A stretch of 63,528 bases of DNA, the filler included, from Asterionella formosa (Eukaryota), in assembly GCA_002256025.1 (NCBI GenBank). It is 20 parts of 20 records of this genome, joined end to end, with 100 filler letters (N's around TTAATTAATTAA, not from the genome) between each part and the next. Parts side by side here need not be neighbours in the genome. Positions count along the whole stretch, not along the records: positions 49,054 to 50,279 come from NKIB01003562.1; positions 50,380 to 51,604 come from NKIB01003563.1; positions 51,705 to 52,929 come from NKIB01003564.1; positions 53,030 to 54,254 come from NKIB01003565.1; positions 54,355 to 55,579 come from NKIB01003566.1; positions 55,680 to 56,904 come from NKIB01003567.1; positions 57,005 to 58,229 come from NKIB01003568.1; positions 58,330 to 59,553 come from NKIB01003570.1; 12 more parts are not named here. One strand, 5' to 3'. Of the stretch, positions 49,054 to 60,979 are shown piece by piece (positions within the stretch are counted from its first letter, which is position 1; the number at the start of each line of letters is the position of its first letter). The notes below the pieces were generated by a model. The model had not been told where the DNA came from and ran no database searches. It was given only the letters and a program-made list of their open reading frames with translations. The translations under genes were made by a program, and so were the position numbers.

Positions 49054-50279
49054 ACCTGGCCGGCCGGCAGGCCGCGCATGCCGGCGGTGCCGAGCGAGGC
49101 CAGGTCTTCCGTGGTCAGGGTCTTGATCTGATCAGTCGAGATGGCCGCCACCTGGCCCGAGCTCATGGCCCGGAACTGCGTGGTCGTGAAGGCATTCAAG
49201 TCATCGCTGGACAGGCCTTGGATCTGGCCGGCCGTCAGCGCATTGACCTGGGCGGTGCTGAGCGCGCCCAGCTGATCGGAGGCGAGGGCGCCCAACTGAT
49301 CCGTGGTCAGGTTGCGCAGGGCACTGGTGTTGATCGCCTGCAGGTCATCGGTGGCCAGCTTGGCCACCTGCTCGCTGCTCAGGCCGGCAATCTGCACGCT
49401 GTTCAGCGCTGCGGCTTGCTGGGTGGTCAGGGCGATCACCTGGTCGGTGGTCAAGGCGCCCACCTGGCCGGCCGTCAGACCGCGCAGGCCGCTGGTGCCG
49501 ATGGCAGCCACGTCCTCCGTGGTCAGGGTCTTGACCTGGTCGGTCGAGATGGCCGCGACCTGACCCGAGCTCATGGCGCGGAACTGGGCCGTGGTCAGGG
49601 CATTCAAATCGTCGCTGCTCAAGCCCGCGATCTGGCCGGCGGTCAAGGCATTGACCTGGGCCGTGCTCAGCGCGCCCAGCTGGTCAGAGCCCAGGGCGCC
49701 GAGCTGGTCGGTCGTCAGGTTGCGCAGGGCGCTGGTGTTGATGGCCTGCAGGTCATCGGTGGCCAGCTTGGCGATTTGGTCCGTGGTCAGGCCGGCAATC
49801 TGCACGCTGTTCAGCGCCGCGGCTTGCTGGGTGGTCAGCGCGATCACCTGGTCGGTGGTCAGGGCGCCGAGTTGGCCGGCGGTGAGGCCACGCAGGCCAC
49901 CGGTGCCGATGGAGGCCAGGTCTTCGGTGGTCAGGGTCTTGACTTGGTCGGTGGTGATGGCACCCACCTGGGCCGAGCTCATGGCGCGGAACTGCGCCGT
50001 GGTGAAGGCGTTCAGGTCATCGCTGGAGAGGTTCTGGATCTGGTTGGCCGTCATGGCATTGACCTGGGCGGTGGTCAGGGCGCCGAGCTGGTCGGAGGCC
50101 AGCGCGCCGAGTTGGTCGCTGTTGAGGTTGCGCAGGGCGCTGGTGTTGATGGCCTGCAGGTCGTCGGTGGCCAACTTGGCGATCTGATCGGTGCTCAGGC
50201 CGGAGACCTGCACACTGTTCAGCGCGGCGGCTTGCTGGGTGGTCAGGGCGACGATTTCATCGGTCGTCAGGGCGCCGAC
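49054..50279 (-). CDS. bacterial octapeptide-repeat protein fragment (LTTxQxxA type), high GC
   Basis: Open across the contig; strong GC3 bias; 8-aa repeats nested in a 408-bp (136-aa) higher-order unit (markers at 49393, 49801, 50209). Confidence 0.85.
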
Positions 50280-50379
50280 NNNNNNNNNNNNNNNNNNNNN
50301 NNNNNNNNNNNNNNNNNNNNNNNTTAATTAATTAANNNNNNNNNNNNNNNNNNNNNNNNNNNNNNNNNNNNNNNNNNNN

Positions 50380-51134
50380 TCCTTATTCGTTCTTAAAAAG
50401 AAACTGCTGTCTTTTTCAAAATCACTTAAACTCTGCATCGGTACTCCCAATTGCCAGATAGGATTAGCAGGGAAATGATCATAATAAAATGTATTGGCAT
50501 CTTTATAAAAATAATCTTGAACTGGTCTGAACTTAAATTTGGGTTTAATTTTAATGCCATCATTTTTCTGACCAGATAAGAAATTTATTAAATAACCCCA
50601 GATGGTTCTTTTGTGGTTGATGACATATCCTGCATCCCAGGTATTATCAATATAATGCCATTCATTGTTGATGTAAACTGCATTCCAGATATGTTCATCC
50701 ATGTAAAACTTATCATTGATATCGGTAAGAATCCCTTTTGTATATCCGGGAATCTCGGTAGAAACAATGCCTGCATGTTTGCATAACTCATTAAACAAAT
50801 CGGTATATCCTGTACAAATGGCTTTTCTTTTTTTTAGAATAGTTTTTATTGGTACCCTGCTAAAATCGTATTTCTGACCTTTACTAATATCATATTTGAT
50901 ATGATGTGTTATCCAGCAATGAATGGCTTCCACCTTATCCTTGTCATCATCTAAATCCTTCGTTAGTTGATTGGCTAATTTTTCGGCATTTCTACTGCTA
51001 AAATAGCCTACTTTTTTTGTGCATTTGTTTTGTGCATTTGATTGATTAATGCAGAAAATATTTAGAATGAGAATTAGAAGAAAAAGAAAAGGTATTCTTA
51101 ATTGAACTTGTTCTTGGGGGTAAAATGAATTCAT
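50380..51134 (-). CDS. bacterial secreted transglutaminase-like domain protein (3'-truncated)
   Basis: Cys-His-Asp triad in AICTGY, EHIWNAV and IDNTWDAG; Sec signal peptide ending SNA-Q; AT-rich, intronless, Bacteroidetes-like. Confidence 0.88.
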
Positions 51135-51236
51135 AGCTTAAAATTTGTTAAAAATAAGAGTCAGTTTTATCAAATGCAAATTGTATTGGCATGATTTTAA
51201 TTTAGCAATTATATTGACACAAATTAATTTGATGAA

Positions 51237-51604
51237 TCAATTCCCTTGAATTTTGTATTGTCTCATTTTTAAACAAGAAGGGCTGGGAACATTGATTTCT
51301 TGACCGATTTTTTTCAATAATCCACTTTTTTTATTTCTCCTAAATACCACTATGTTATTAGAAATCATATTGGCTACTAGGATATAATTTCCACTAGGGT
51401 CAATGCTGAAATTTCTTGGATGTTCACCACCTGTTTTTTGATGCCCTTTTAAATTTAATTTACCTTCTTTATTTATGGAAAAGATGGCAATGGTATTTTC
51501 ATCAATCCATCTATTGGAAGCATATAAAAATAAGCCATCTGAAGATACATGTATATCAGCAGAGCCATAAGTATCCTGTGTTTTTTTATAAGATTTGATA
51601 CTTT
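51237..51604 (-). CDS. pgl: 6-phosphogluconolactonase (YbhE/lactonase beta-propeller family), 3' part; absent from the ORF track
   Basis: Manual translation: SADIHVSSDGLFLYASNR...NTIAIFSI...TGGEHPRNFSIDPSGNYILVAN...SNNIVVFRRNKKSGLL...VPSPSCL*. Confidence 0.88.
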
Positions 51605-52696
51605 NNNNNNNNNNNNNNNNNNNNNNNNNNNNNNNNNNNNNNNNNNNNTTAATTAATTAANNNNNNNNNNNNNNNNNNNNNNNNNNNNNNNNNNNNNNNN
51701 NNNNACAAAGAATGATCGAAATTTGCCGCCGACAGCTGCGACGCAGAATGATAACGGCGAGGGCCGTGGATACAGGCGATTTCGGCGTAACGATGATTGA
51801 AATGCTCGCGATGCAGTAGAGAATGAAGAAGGTTGGTAAAAAAGAAAGGGAAGGACCATACTCGATGAACGCGGGTGCCAACAAAGTTGTGGCAAAGGTC
51901 TGTTAGGGGCTGTTCCAGCTGTTGGCATTTATGTTCTCCAGGCGATCGTTTGTCTTTCTGTTCGATCACAGTGAGGTGTGGAGGCGTTTCGATTTTTCAG
52001 TTGTCACATGCGCTTTAGATAATGGATGGAGGTGATGTGGTGTCGAGTAGTGCTGAACGGCATCAGTGGGAGGAGCTGGCTTATGTGTATAGACTTTCAA
52101 ATGTATTCCCAGCAAAAAAAGATCAACTATGAAATCGACTAATTCTCCTATCAAACAGGCGATGGGGAGAATACTGAACCTAATGTTGCAATTAGCGCTA
52201 TCGAAGGGTACCACATAAAAGAAGTAATCACAAAGCAATATCCAACACAACTTGTTGGATGGGAAAAACTCGACATATTCCAGACAAGGATTACCCACTC
52301 AAGGATGACCAAAATGCACGCTGGTCCTACAGGCCGCTAGTACCAGGCGCCTGCATGTCACAAGACAGACCTCGCAGGAATACACCTAACGGTTTCCCCG
52401 TTGAGCATACGCCTGAGACACCCTGACGTATACCCAGAATTTACCAGTCCCCCCACGGTGGTAACCATGCCAGATGCCACCATGAAAACGCTCCTCCATT
52501 GCAACAATAACGACCGGTTCTGCCAGTGATCTTCATCACTCAGTCCATTTTGGGCTGTACCATGTATTCCGATTCGCAACCCACTGTCTTCCTATTCCGT
52601 TTTGGAAAAGAACAGTAGTCATTGAACCTTGTTCTGTATCAAACATCACTTAATATCGCTCTCAAGCAATGTTCTAATAGATATAACAGAAACAAT

Positions 52697-52929
52697 TTAA
52701 TATAAAACACTCCTGGCAAAATGATAAAACGGCACCCCAGTGAGTATTTTCGTTAGACCATCAGAGCAGTTAGCCTTACCAGGTTCATGTGCAACACGCG
52801 CTGATCCGCATGCACAAGCCTCACAACACTTGTGATAAGCAATCGCATTATGCCTTTTATTTAACGTTGACTCAGGCCTAGTCACATTCTTTACCACACT
52901 TGCGTTGTCTCCAAACACATTTGCGGCAC
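52697..52929 (-). mobile_element. Ty1/copia (diatom CoDi-like) RNase H C-terminus
   Basis: FGDNASVVKNVTRPESTLNKRHNAIAYHKCCEA...NCSDGLTK. Confidence 0.88.
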
Positions 52930-54978
52930 NNNNNNNNNNNNNNNNNNNNNNNNNNNNNNNNNNNNNNNNNNNNTTAATTAATTAANNNNNNNNNNNNNNN
53001 NNNNNNNNNNNNNNNNNNNNNNNNNNNNNTTGCCTTCGCAATCATTGGAGTGGCAGTTGCATCATACTATTCGAAAGTAGAACTCGACAAAATTCTAGCT
53101 GAAGGGGACGATCAATCATCATCCTCGCCATTAACATTATGTACTGACCAAGATCAGGGTGGAAGACATAGTGGTCAACAGGAACAAGTTCTGGAGCATG
53201 TTTAAATGTAGTTGATTTATTTTGAAAGCTTGTTCGTTGTTTAGTTTTCCAGGAATAGTCTATGTGTTTCTGTATCTCTCTATTTGCCATCTCACCATTT
53301 CGACTCTTCAATTGAGGAATACTGTTCTGTTTCTTAGTAAAGTAATCAGAGTACGCAAAACTGTGTAATGCTGTACATTTGCTCAGTGTTGACTTTGAAC
53401 CAGAAATCGAAAATTTACAAATATATCTCAGTAAGGCCAGGTCTTACCAGAGATTCAAAATGGAAAAAATATGTTGCTTGGCTCAATTTTTTGTATCTCC
53501 AACATGTGGGTTACATGTTGCTTCCAGCTGCACTTTTTTGTTGCTCCAAAATGTGTATCTGCGTAATGATTTTGGGAGGAGGGATCAACATCAATTATTA
53601 TTTCAACTTGTTTGTAATTATGCTATTCAACATTTGAAAAATTACAATATTTACAAGTTGTGCTTGAAGTTTTGTTATTGTTACTTCGTCGCATGGCGTC
53701 ATTTAATTCTTCAGACAACGAAAGTTACTCTATACCTAGGAAACTAGATGACAAGTGGGTTGTAACTATCAATCCTACTTATTTACTCACTGATAGTGAA
53801 GGAAGATTGACGAAGTTTAGAAACATAGCCATTCACCAGATATCCCTACTACAACTTCAGCATGGCTGTCTGTCTGTGTTTTCTTTAAACTTTCCGGATA
53901 TAGAAATAAAACCAAGACCATAAACTCTACACTTATTATGAATTGGTTAAAGAAGTGTTGACCTTCGAGATATGATGGGGTACAACAAAAACCAGAAAAA
54001 TGAAACAGTGTCTGAAAAAAAGGAACTCCTGAATCATCAAAAACGCACATCAACAAGGAAGTCTCCTTGTTGTCTACTATCAAAGCAGTTTCCTGCCACC
54101 AGAAAAGATATTGCTACTGATTCTAGAACTGATTCCAAAATTATCGCCTTCTCAATTGTCTGCTTTTGCATATCCAGTGACTGCCAACATTTTAATAGAC
54201 AATGACTCTGAGAAATATCCCCAGATTGATAAAAATGGACAGCAACCTATTGCCNNNNNNNNNNNNNNNNNNNNNNNNNNNNNNNNNNNNNNNNNNNNTT
54301 AATTAATTAANNNNNNNNNNNNNNNNNNNNNNNNNNNNNNNNNNNNNNNNNNNNCAGGAACAAGCGTATGCTGTAAAAATATATATTCAGGAAGAGACAC
54401 AAGTCTAACAGCAATCGAATACAAATCTCCAGAAAAAGTACAAAATCGTTGGGGATGTTATCAAATGATCCACAGGGCAGCCACAATGTAGGGAATAAAA
54501 GACAGTTTTACACAAAGTAAAACGCATCTGAATGTTTCAACGAGTGGACTGTGATGATGGCTGATGCTTTTGGGACATGAAGAATTTCTAAACAAGATAC
54601 CGTATACATAGTACACCATTAGTATGATGTAGGAGCCTCAATACCGGTATTCTAAAATACCTGTAAATGCATTACTTGATATTATTTTAGTCTAGCATGA
54701 TGAGTCTACCGGTATTTAGTAATGCAGTACTGCTGGAATGTCCCAGGTATTACTCCTTCTTGTCTTGTTTCAATGGTCTATATAGCTAGTACCTGGTACT
54801 GGTAAACTAATATTCAAATCAGCCATGCAATTAATTGCGCGTGATGGTGGCAATATATATACCGGTATATATATTTTTATTATGATTAGCTGCGAGCATT
54901 TCATTTCTCGTTATCATGGCCTGATATTTAGTTATATTTTATTACAAAATACTCCGTTCACAACGAATTGTTGAAACC

Positions 54979-55579
54979 ATGACGATGGGAGAGGGACTAT
55001 TACAGGAACTATGGTTCTCCACCGAACTGCTCTTTCAATCCAAACTGACATGGCTGCTCCTGCTGGGTCCTTTGGCGTTATTTGGGGATGCAACGGGAGC
55101 ATTTGGCGAGGCCTTTTGCTTCGCTTGTTCTGGCATTGCGTTGATTCCATGCGCGGAACGACTCTCCTTTGTGACCGAACAAGTCGCATATCATACCAAC
55201 GGTACCATTGGCGCCTTGCTCAACGCCACATTTGGTAATGCTCCAGAGCTTTTAATATCGGCAGCTGCTCTCAGGGCTGGCTTCTATCGCGTTGTTCAAC
55301 TCGCGATGCTGGGCAGCATGCTGACCAACTTGCTTTTTGTCTTTGGAGTCGCCTGTTTAGTCGGAGGCATGCGATGGCAGGTGCAAGAATTGAGAATCAC
55401 ATCTGGAAACGTCTCTGTGGGACTTTTGTTGGTGGCAACAGCTGGAGCGCTCTTACCGGCTGCGTTGGTGATGTCAGGGGAACTGAAAACCGACGAAGGT
55501 TCTCGTGATGGGGTTCCATCGGAGTCAGAACTCGCGTTCTGTCGAGTCAATGCTGTAGTCATGATGTTTATGTATGTTT
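54979..55579 (+). CDS. CAX: Ca2+/H+ exchanger (CAX, CaCA family), 5' part
   Basis: ALIPCAERLSFVTEQVA, GALLNATFGNAPELL and LGSMLTNLLFVFG alpha-1 motifs; truncated at the contig end. Confidence 0.92.
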
Positions 55580-56391
55580 NNNNNNNNNNNNNNNNNNNNN
55601 NNNNNNNNNNNNNNNNNNNNNNNTTAATTAATTAANNNNNNNNNNNNNNNNNNNNNNNNNNNNNNNNNNNNNNNNNNNNAACGAATTTTAATCTTGCAAA
55701 ATTCATAATAATGCAATCTCTTTTTGATTTAGTTGATTTGTAAATCTCCCAAAAGCTATATAGAAGTCCTGAATGGCAAGAACTTCTTGATTGGTTTCTC
55801 TGATATATTAATATAGACATCCCTGAAAATGCTTAGCAGGGGTGAGCGTTGCATATATTTCATTTGGGCTGAGAGATACAGGTTGACAGCTGTTGGCTGA
55901 TACCTCTCAATTTCTCAGGATCTTAAAACTATGAGGGAAATAGAAGAATCACTTGGTAGCTACAATGTTCAGCAGTCTTGAGGTCTTAATGTGGTGATAC
56001 AAGGATCAGCACATTAATCTGGTTTGTATTTGACAAGAGCTGGAGATAGTCCAATATCCAAAAGTACGACCCAAATGCATATCTTAACTTAAGAAAAGGT
56101 TGGACAGGGACTAATGCTGACTAAATAATGACAGTACTATGACATGTGCATCAGTGGGAACAGCAAACTGCAGTACTGGTGTATCATGTCAGTATCACTG
56201 GGCACAGCAAACTGCAGTAAGAATGGTGTACATGTGACCATCAAAGCCATCATCAGTGCATTAGTGTTGAAATATATGGCGCCTCTTCTAGTGTGCTTCA
56301 GTACTGCCCTGGAATGACTGGTCAAAGATCTTTCTCGTGCCACTCCTTTGCATATTATTCTGCTATATAAATCCTGTCTATTTCCGTTTAG

Positions 56392-56460
56392 ACATTCCTC
56401 AGACAACCTAGTCTTCGGACACCTGTAGACATCAACAGCCTAACAGACATACTCTGATAC
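56392..56460 (+). repeat. dispersed repeat R3, copy 2
   Basis: Matches 11624-11695. Confidence 0.85.
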
Positions 56461-57004
56461 ATTTGACCTTTTTCACGTATAGTGGGATGTAACATGTAAT
56501 TACCGGCACAAACATGTTATATGTAGACTCTACCGGTACGTGGGTCCCGGGTATTTTGGAACCGGTTTTACTTTTGATACGAATGAAAAATGGCACGAAG
56601 CAAATGCCGAACGTTCTTACGGTACTTCTAGCGGTACCTGGTAGTTTGTTTGATGTTCATTACCGGGAGTAGAAAACGGGCCAAACGATGATAATTTTCT
56701 TCCAAAAACGCATCAATCATCAGTGCGCGTTATTAACTCAATAGTGAGTTGAAACAAGAACGCAAAAATGACCTCTCGTGCTAATGCCGGTGCTGGTACC
56801 TGGTATATTCCAGGAAATGCATTTCTACTGCCCTCGTTCAATATTTTAATGCGCCGGTTTGCATTTCAGTGAACAAGCCCAAACTCGTACTAAAAGTTCG
56901 AACANNNNNNNNNNNNNNNNNNNNNNNNNNNNNNNNNNNNNNNNNNNNTTAATTAATTAANNNNNNNNNNNNNNNNNNNNNNNNNNNNNNNNNNNNNNNN
57001 NNNN

Positions 57005-58229
57005 CGTGCGAAACGAAATAATACGGTTGCCTATGCAAGTTTGATTATGGCATGTCAGAGTGGACCATTTGGATACGTAAATGGTGCCAGAAGTGAAGAG
57101 TTCCCCAATGGAAATGCGAAGGAAGCGTGGGACAAGTTAGTGTCTACGTACGAGTCAAGTAATATGGCAAATGTGATTGCCTTGTCAGGTCAGTGGACAA
57201 AATGCACGATTAACGAGAATGAGAACCCCGACATTTGGTTTGTGGAGTTGGATAGAATTCGAGAACGATTGAGTCATACGAGCTCCGCAATTTCGGATGG
57301 TGCCTATGTGGCCCATGTTATCAACAACCTACCGGAAGTCTACAAGAGTTTGGTGGTTGGAAAATTTGGTCTCGCGAGCTCCGAGCTCACGATCCAAGAG
57401 GTCAAGAAGAATGTACGCGACTATTACGATTTGTATGTGCGTGACGAAACCAAGACAAATAAGAATGGCGAGCAGGCCTTCTTTTCAAAAAGCAAGTTTA
57501 AAGGAGACTGCAGGAAGTGTGGCAAGTATGGCCACAAGGCAGTTGATTGCCGAAGCAAGGGCAATACTACAGAAAAGAGAGAATTAACTCCTGAGCAACG
57601 AAATAAGAGAAAGAATGTGAAGTGTTATAATTGCCAGAAGATGGGGCACTATGCCAGTGAGTGCAACAATCAAAAAAATGCACCAATCAAACAGAAGGGA
57701 GAAGACGCCAATACTACTACGCAAGGAATGTTCGTGGTGACGTGTATTGAGGCAAGGTACAATGAAGAGGTAAATTATACGTGCGTGCATAAGGACCGTT
57801 GGCTACTAGATAGTGGCGCTACGGTACATATATGCAATGATGAGCGCATCATGTAGGACAAGCGCGCAGTGCGTGAAACTGTTCTTGTGGGAAACGGCGC
57901 AGCAATTGTTGCGACCGTATCAGGCACGGTGACCCTTACGACGACAGACAAAGGAAAAGTGTTGAAACTCACCAATGTGCTCTATGCACCGGAGTTCAAG
58001 CAGAACATTATCAGCATTTCGAGAATTATTGACAAGGGAAATAAAGTTATGTTTGACGATGATAAGATGACGATCAGAAACAACAACGGATTTTTGATAT
58101 GTAAACGTGATGAAACGAGGACAATTGGTGCAATGTACCATGTGCAAGGAACGCCTATTCTAAAGGAAACGGTGTTGGAGGTTGAACAAGAAAGCGAGAA
58201 GCCAACACAACAATCCATCGACTATGATA
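57005..58229 (+). mobile_element. Ty1/copia gag-protease fragment with a premature stop
   Basis: Gag (AWDKL, NPDIW, NNLPEVY), two CCHC knuckles, protease WLLDSGATVHI, LTNVLYAP...NIISIS; in-frame TAG at 57854-57856. Confidence 0.92.
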
Positions 58230-58329
58230 NNNNNNNNNNNNNNNNNNNNNNNNNNNNNNNNNNNNNNNNNNNNTTAATTAATTAANNNNNNNNNNNNNNN
58301 NNNNNNNNNNNNNNNNNNNNNNNNNNNNN

Positions 58330-58570
58330 TTTCATGAACTCCAAGTTCCGTGGCGACTTCAAGCTCTTGCTTCGTCAGACCATTCGTCGGACACTTCGCA
58401 TCTCGAATCCGACTTGGGGACGATTGAAAACTTGGAGTAGTTCGTACTCGTCGAGAAGCTTCAGAGAGTTCTGTAAACTGCCAAAGCATCCTGTGAGCCG
58501 CAGCGTCACCCCATTCGATGGATTCTCCACCAATCAAGGGGAGGAGAACGGGCCGTTTCTTTTTAGCCAT
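58330..58570 (-). CDS. 5' end of an unidentified host gene (partial)
   Basis: ACCATGG start, open to the contig edge, gene-like composition, GGTACC cluster upstream as for other genes here. Confidence 0.4.
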
Positions 58571-59256
58571 GGTGGTGAATCCTGAACCCGTCTGGGGCAC
58601 TTTTTTTAATGAGCGACTGAAAGTCGATACTGGAGTGCAATTGGTACCATGGTCTTACTAGGTACCACGTACCTTGTTAACATAATAGTGTTCTCATTCA
58701 ACAAGGAAAAGCTACATAGCTCTTCTTTTGCGTTTTGGACATGAATCGAAGTGCTGCATGAAGTCCTGTACCGAAACTGTATACAATGAACATGTGTGAC
58801 CTGTATACGGTACCTAATACTCCAACAAGGTACGAAAAAAAGAATATTTTAAAATCTATATATATCGGCAAGGATGCCGAGTTCACATCCAGGGACAGTT
58901 TGTTGTCCATATTCTTATATATCCTACAGCAATTGAATTTCCTCCTCAGCACCATGTCCTTCACGAGGTCTATGTATTGCATGGTACCTGTTACCATGTA
59001 GTGACATGTGGAACCTCTGTATGTACGTGGTCCCGGACCCGGACCGGGTTCCAGGTACCTGGTAAATACTGATCCCAGGAAGGAACGGGGAAATCCTCAC
59101 TTGAGTTTTTCTTCAACTTAGTATGCATCATAAATATACCGGTATAAAAGGTAAGCATAGGTACATAATGCATAGAGACGATTAATAAATGAATTTTATG
59201 AATGCATGTGGCGAAACAAATCGTTGAATCTTAAAAATATAAAAAATTAAGGTTCC

Positions 59257-59553
59257 TGCATTTGAACCCCTAGCTCGAGGTAGGGTTAAAAAAATAATAT
59301 TAAGTCAGAGTAGTCAAACATAGACTTCTTACGAGTAAAACGTAAATGTATATCGCTAAACGGAGCTTTCACCAATACACACCCTTTCCACATGCTTAAA
59401 TACAGTCATTTATCAAAGTAGGGGTATAGGTCAACGCTATATATCGTCAGGATATAGGATCTGGCGAGAAACTGCAGAAAGGAACTTCGGCTTTTTAACT
59501 ATGCTGAAAATAGTGGATTTTACCGGGCTAACTCGTTTATTTGGCCTAGTAAA
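59257..59553 (+). repeat. dispersed repeat R4, copy 2
   Basis: Reverse complement of about 13600-13877 (gaacccctagctcgaggtaggg...gaaactgcagaaaggaacttc). Confidence 0.88.
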
Positions 59554-60979
59554 NNNNNNNNNNNNNNNNNNNNNNNNNNNNNNNNNNNNNNNNNNNNTTA
59601 ATTAATTAANNNNNNNNNNNNNNNNNNNNNNNNNNNNNNNNNNNNNNNNNNNNGGAGTCGTCTTTATTAGAGTTCGCCCCTTCTATCACGAATCCATGTA
59701 CCAGTATTTGTGGGTCTAGCTATGTAATTCGGGTGTCAATCTCGATTATAGATTTCCCTCCAGCCATATTATTCTTTCCTCTGTTTGACGGGAAAGATGT
59801 CACATGTTCATGGACCTGACAGCGTGGCCCCGTTGTTATGACTTCGGTCGAAGCAAAGCATTTTGTACCCTGGTACCGTACTCCAGTGGGACGAGGAATA
59901 CAGCAGACTATACTCTGATACCAGATACTTACAAGTCACGGCTCCACTCTCGGGTTTGACTGCACAATTTAAATTTGGCTATCTACGATACACTTCAGTG
60001 GGTCATCAATCAACTGATATGGATTTCATTCTCCAATCTAGCTACCGGTAGCTAAATACAACTGAGGTACATCCACATCTGTAGGTACTTTGTAGTATTG
60101 AAATAGAAGGAAGTAAACCCTAGATTTCATCTGACCCACTATGCCAGGCAAAGGCCTTTGCTTAGATCTACTACCGGTACGGTACCTAGAAACATCCATG
60201 TGTTTTTTTTCTGATAGAAGGACCAGGTACCGAAACCATGGAGTGACTGGTATAAGTGGCACTATAGCGGTACATGCCAGTACGTAGGCTAGCCAACAAC
60301 AGGTCCCTGGTACCTGGTACCAGGTACCGTATTTATTAAGTCCCGTCGCTCATGCAGAACTGGTTGAGAAGAGGAAGGCATCGTACATTCTAGGATGCAC
60401 GAATAGAGTCATTTATTACAGACCAACTGATGACACTTTCGACGGCACTTGCTGGCCAAATTTCTTCGATTGTCCTACGTCGGACAGAGGACCAGTGCGC
60501 ACGTGAGTGAAAAAGTCACAACGATTGTGAGAAAAAGTGCGTATGTATGAAATGAGGCTCGGCTGGCTCGCTTCAGGAGCAATATCTCACATGTACTGTG
60601 TTGTTAGCCAATACATTGATAATAATGCTGCTGACATTAAACTTTTTGACACCTTTGGTCATCAAGCTTGACACTCTTGTTTCGTGCGTTGATTCCTGGC
60701 AGCTGACGATCGCATAACTTTTCTCACAATTCCTCCTGTGATACCGGCAATTTAGTAGAGCCTAGCTTGATAGCTACCCCGAATTCGGTTGGCGATCAAA
60801 GCTCATACATAAAGTGCCACGGACCAAACGTGTCTGGGAAGTCTCGATTGGCCTTTGAGTGATTTTCATTCACTTACNNNNNNNNNNNNNNNNNNNNNNN
60901 NNNNNNNNNNNNNNNNNNNNNTTAATTAATTAANNNNNNNNNNNNNNNNNNNNNNNNNNNNNNNNNNNNNNNNNNNNAC

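Noticed and set aside
42435..50279. Restriction-modification system linking the DpnI-like gene with the KpnI/Dcm-like motifs or the bacterial contigs
   Set aside because: No methyltransferase in the window, the contigs are unlinked, and nothing ties the nuclease to GGTACC or CCWGG.
49218..50327. Long plus-strand ORFs on the high-GC contig
   Set aside because: Antisense shadows of the repetitive minus-strand gene.
51705..51883. Possible LTR starting TGTTG on the minus strand
   Set aside because: Only a 5-bp terminal motif; no second LTR, PBS or TSD visible.
53030..54254. Fragmented plus-strand ORF, perhaps transposon cargo
   Set aside because: Multiple stops and frameshifts, and no motif I can assign.
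57854..57856. Programmed gag-pol readthrough codon
   Set aside because: The stop lies inside the protease domain, after the DSG motif, not at the gag/pol boundary; a nonsense mutation is simpler.
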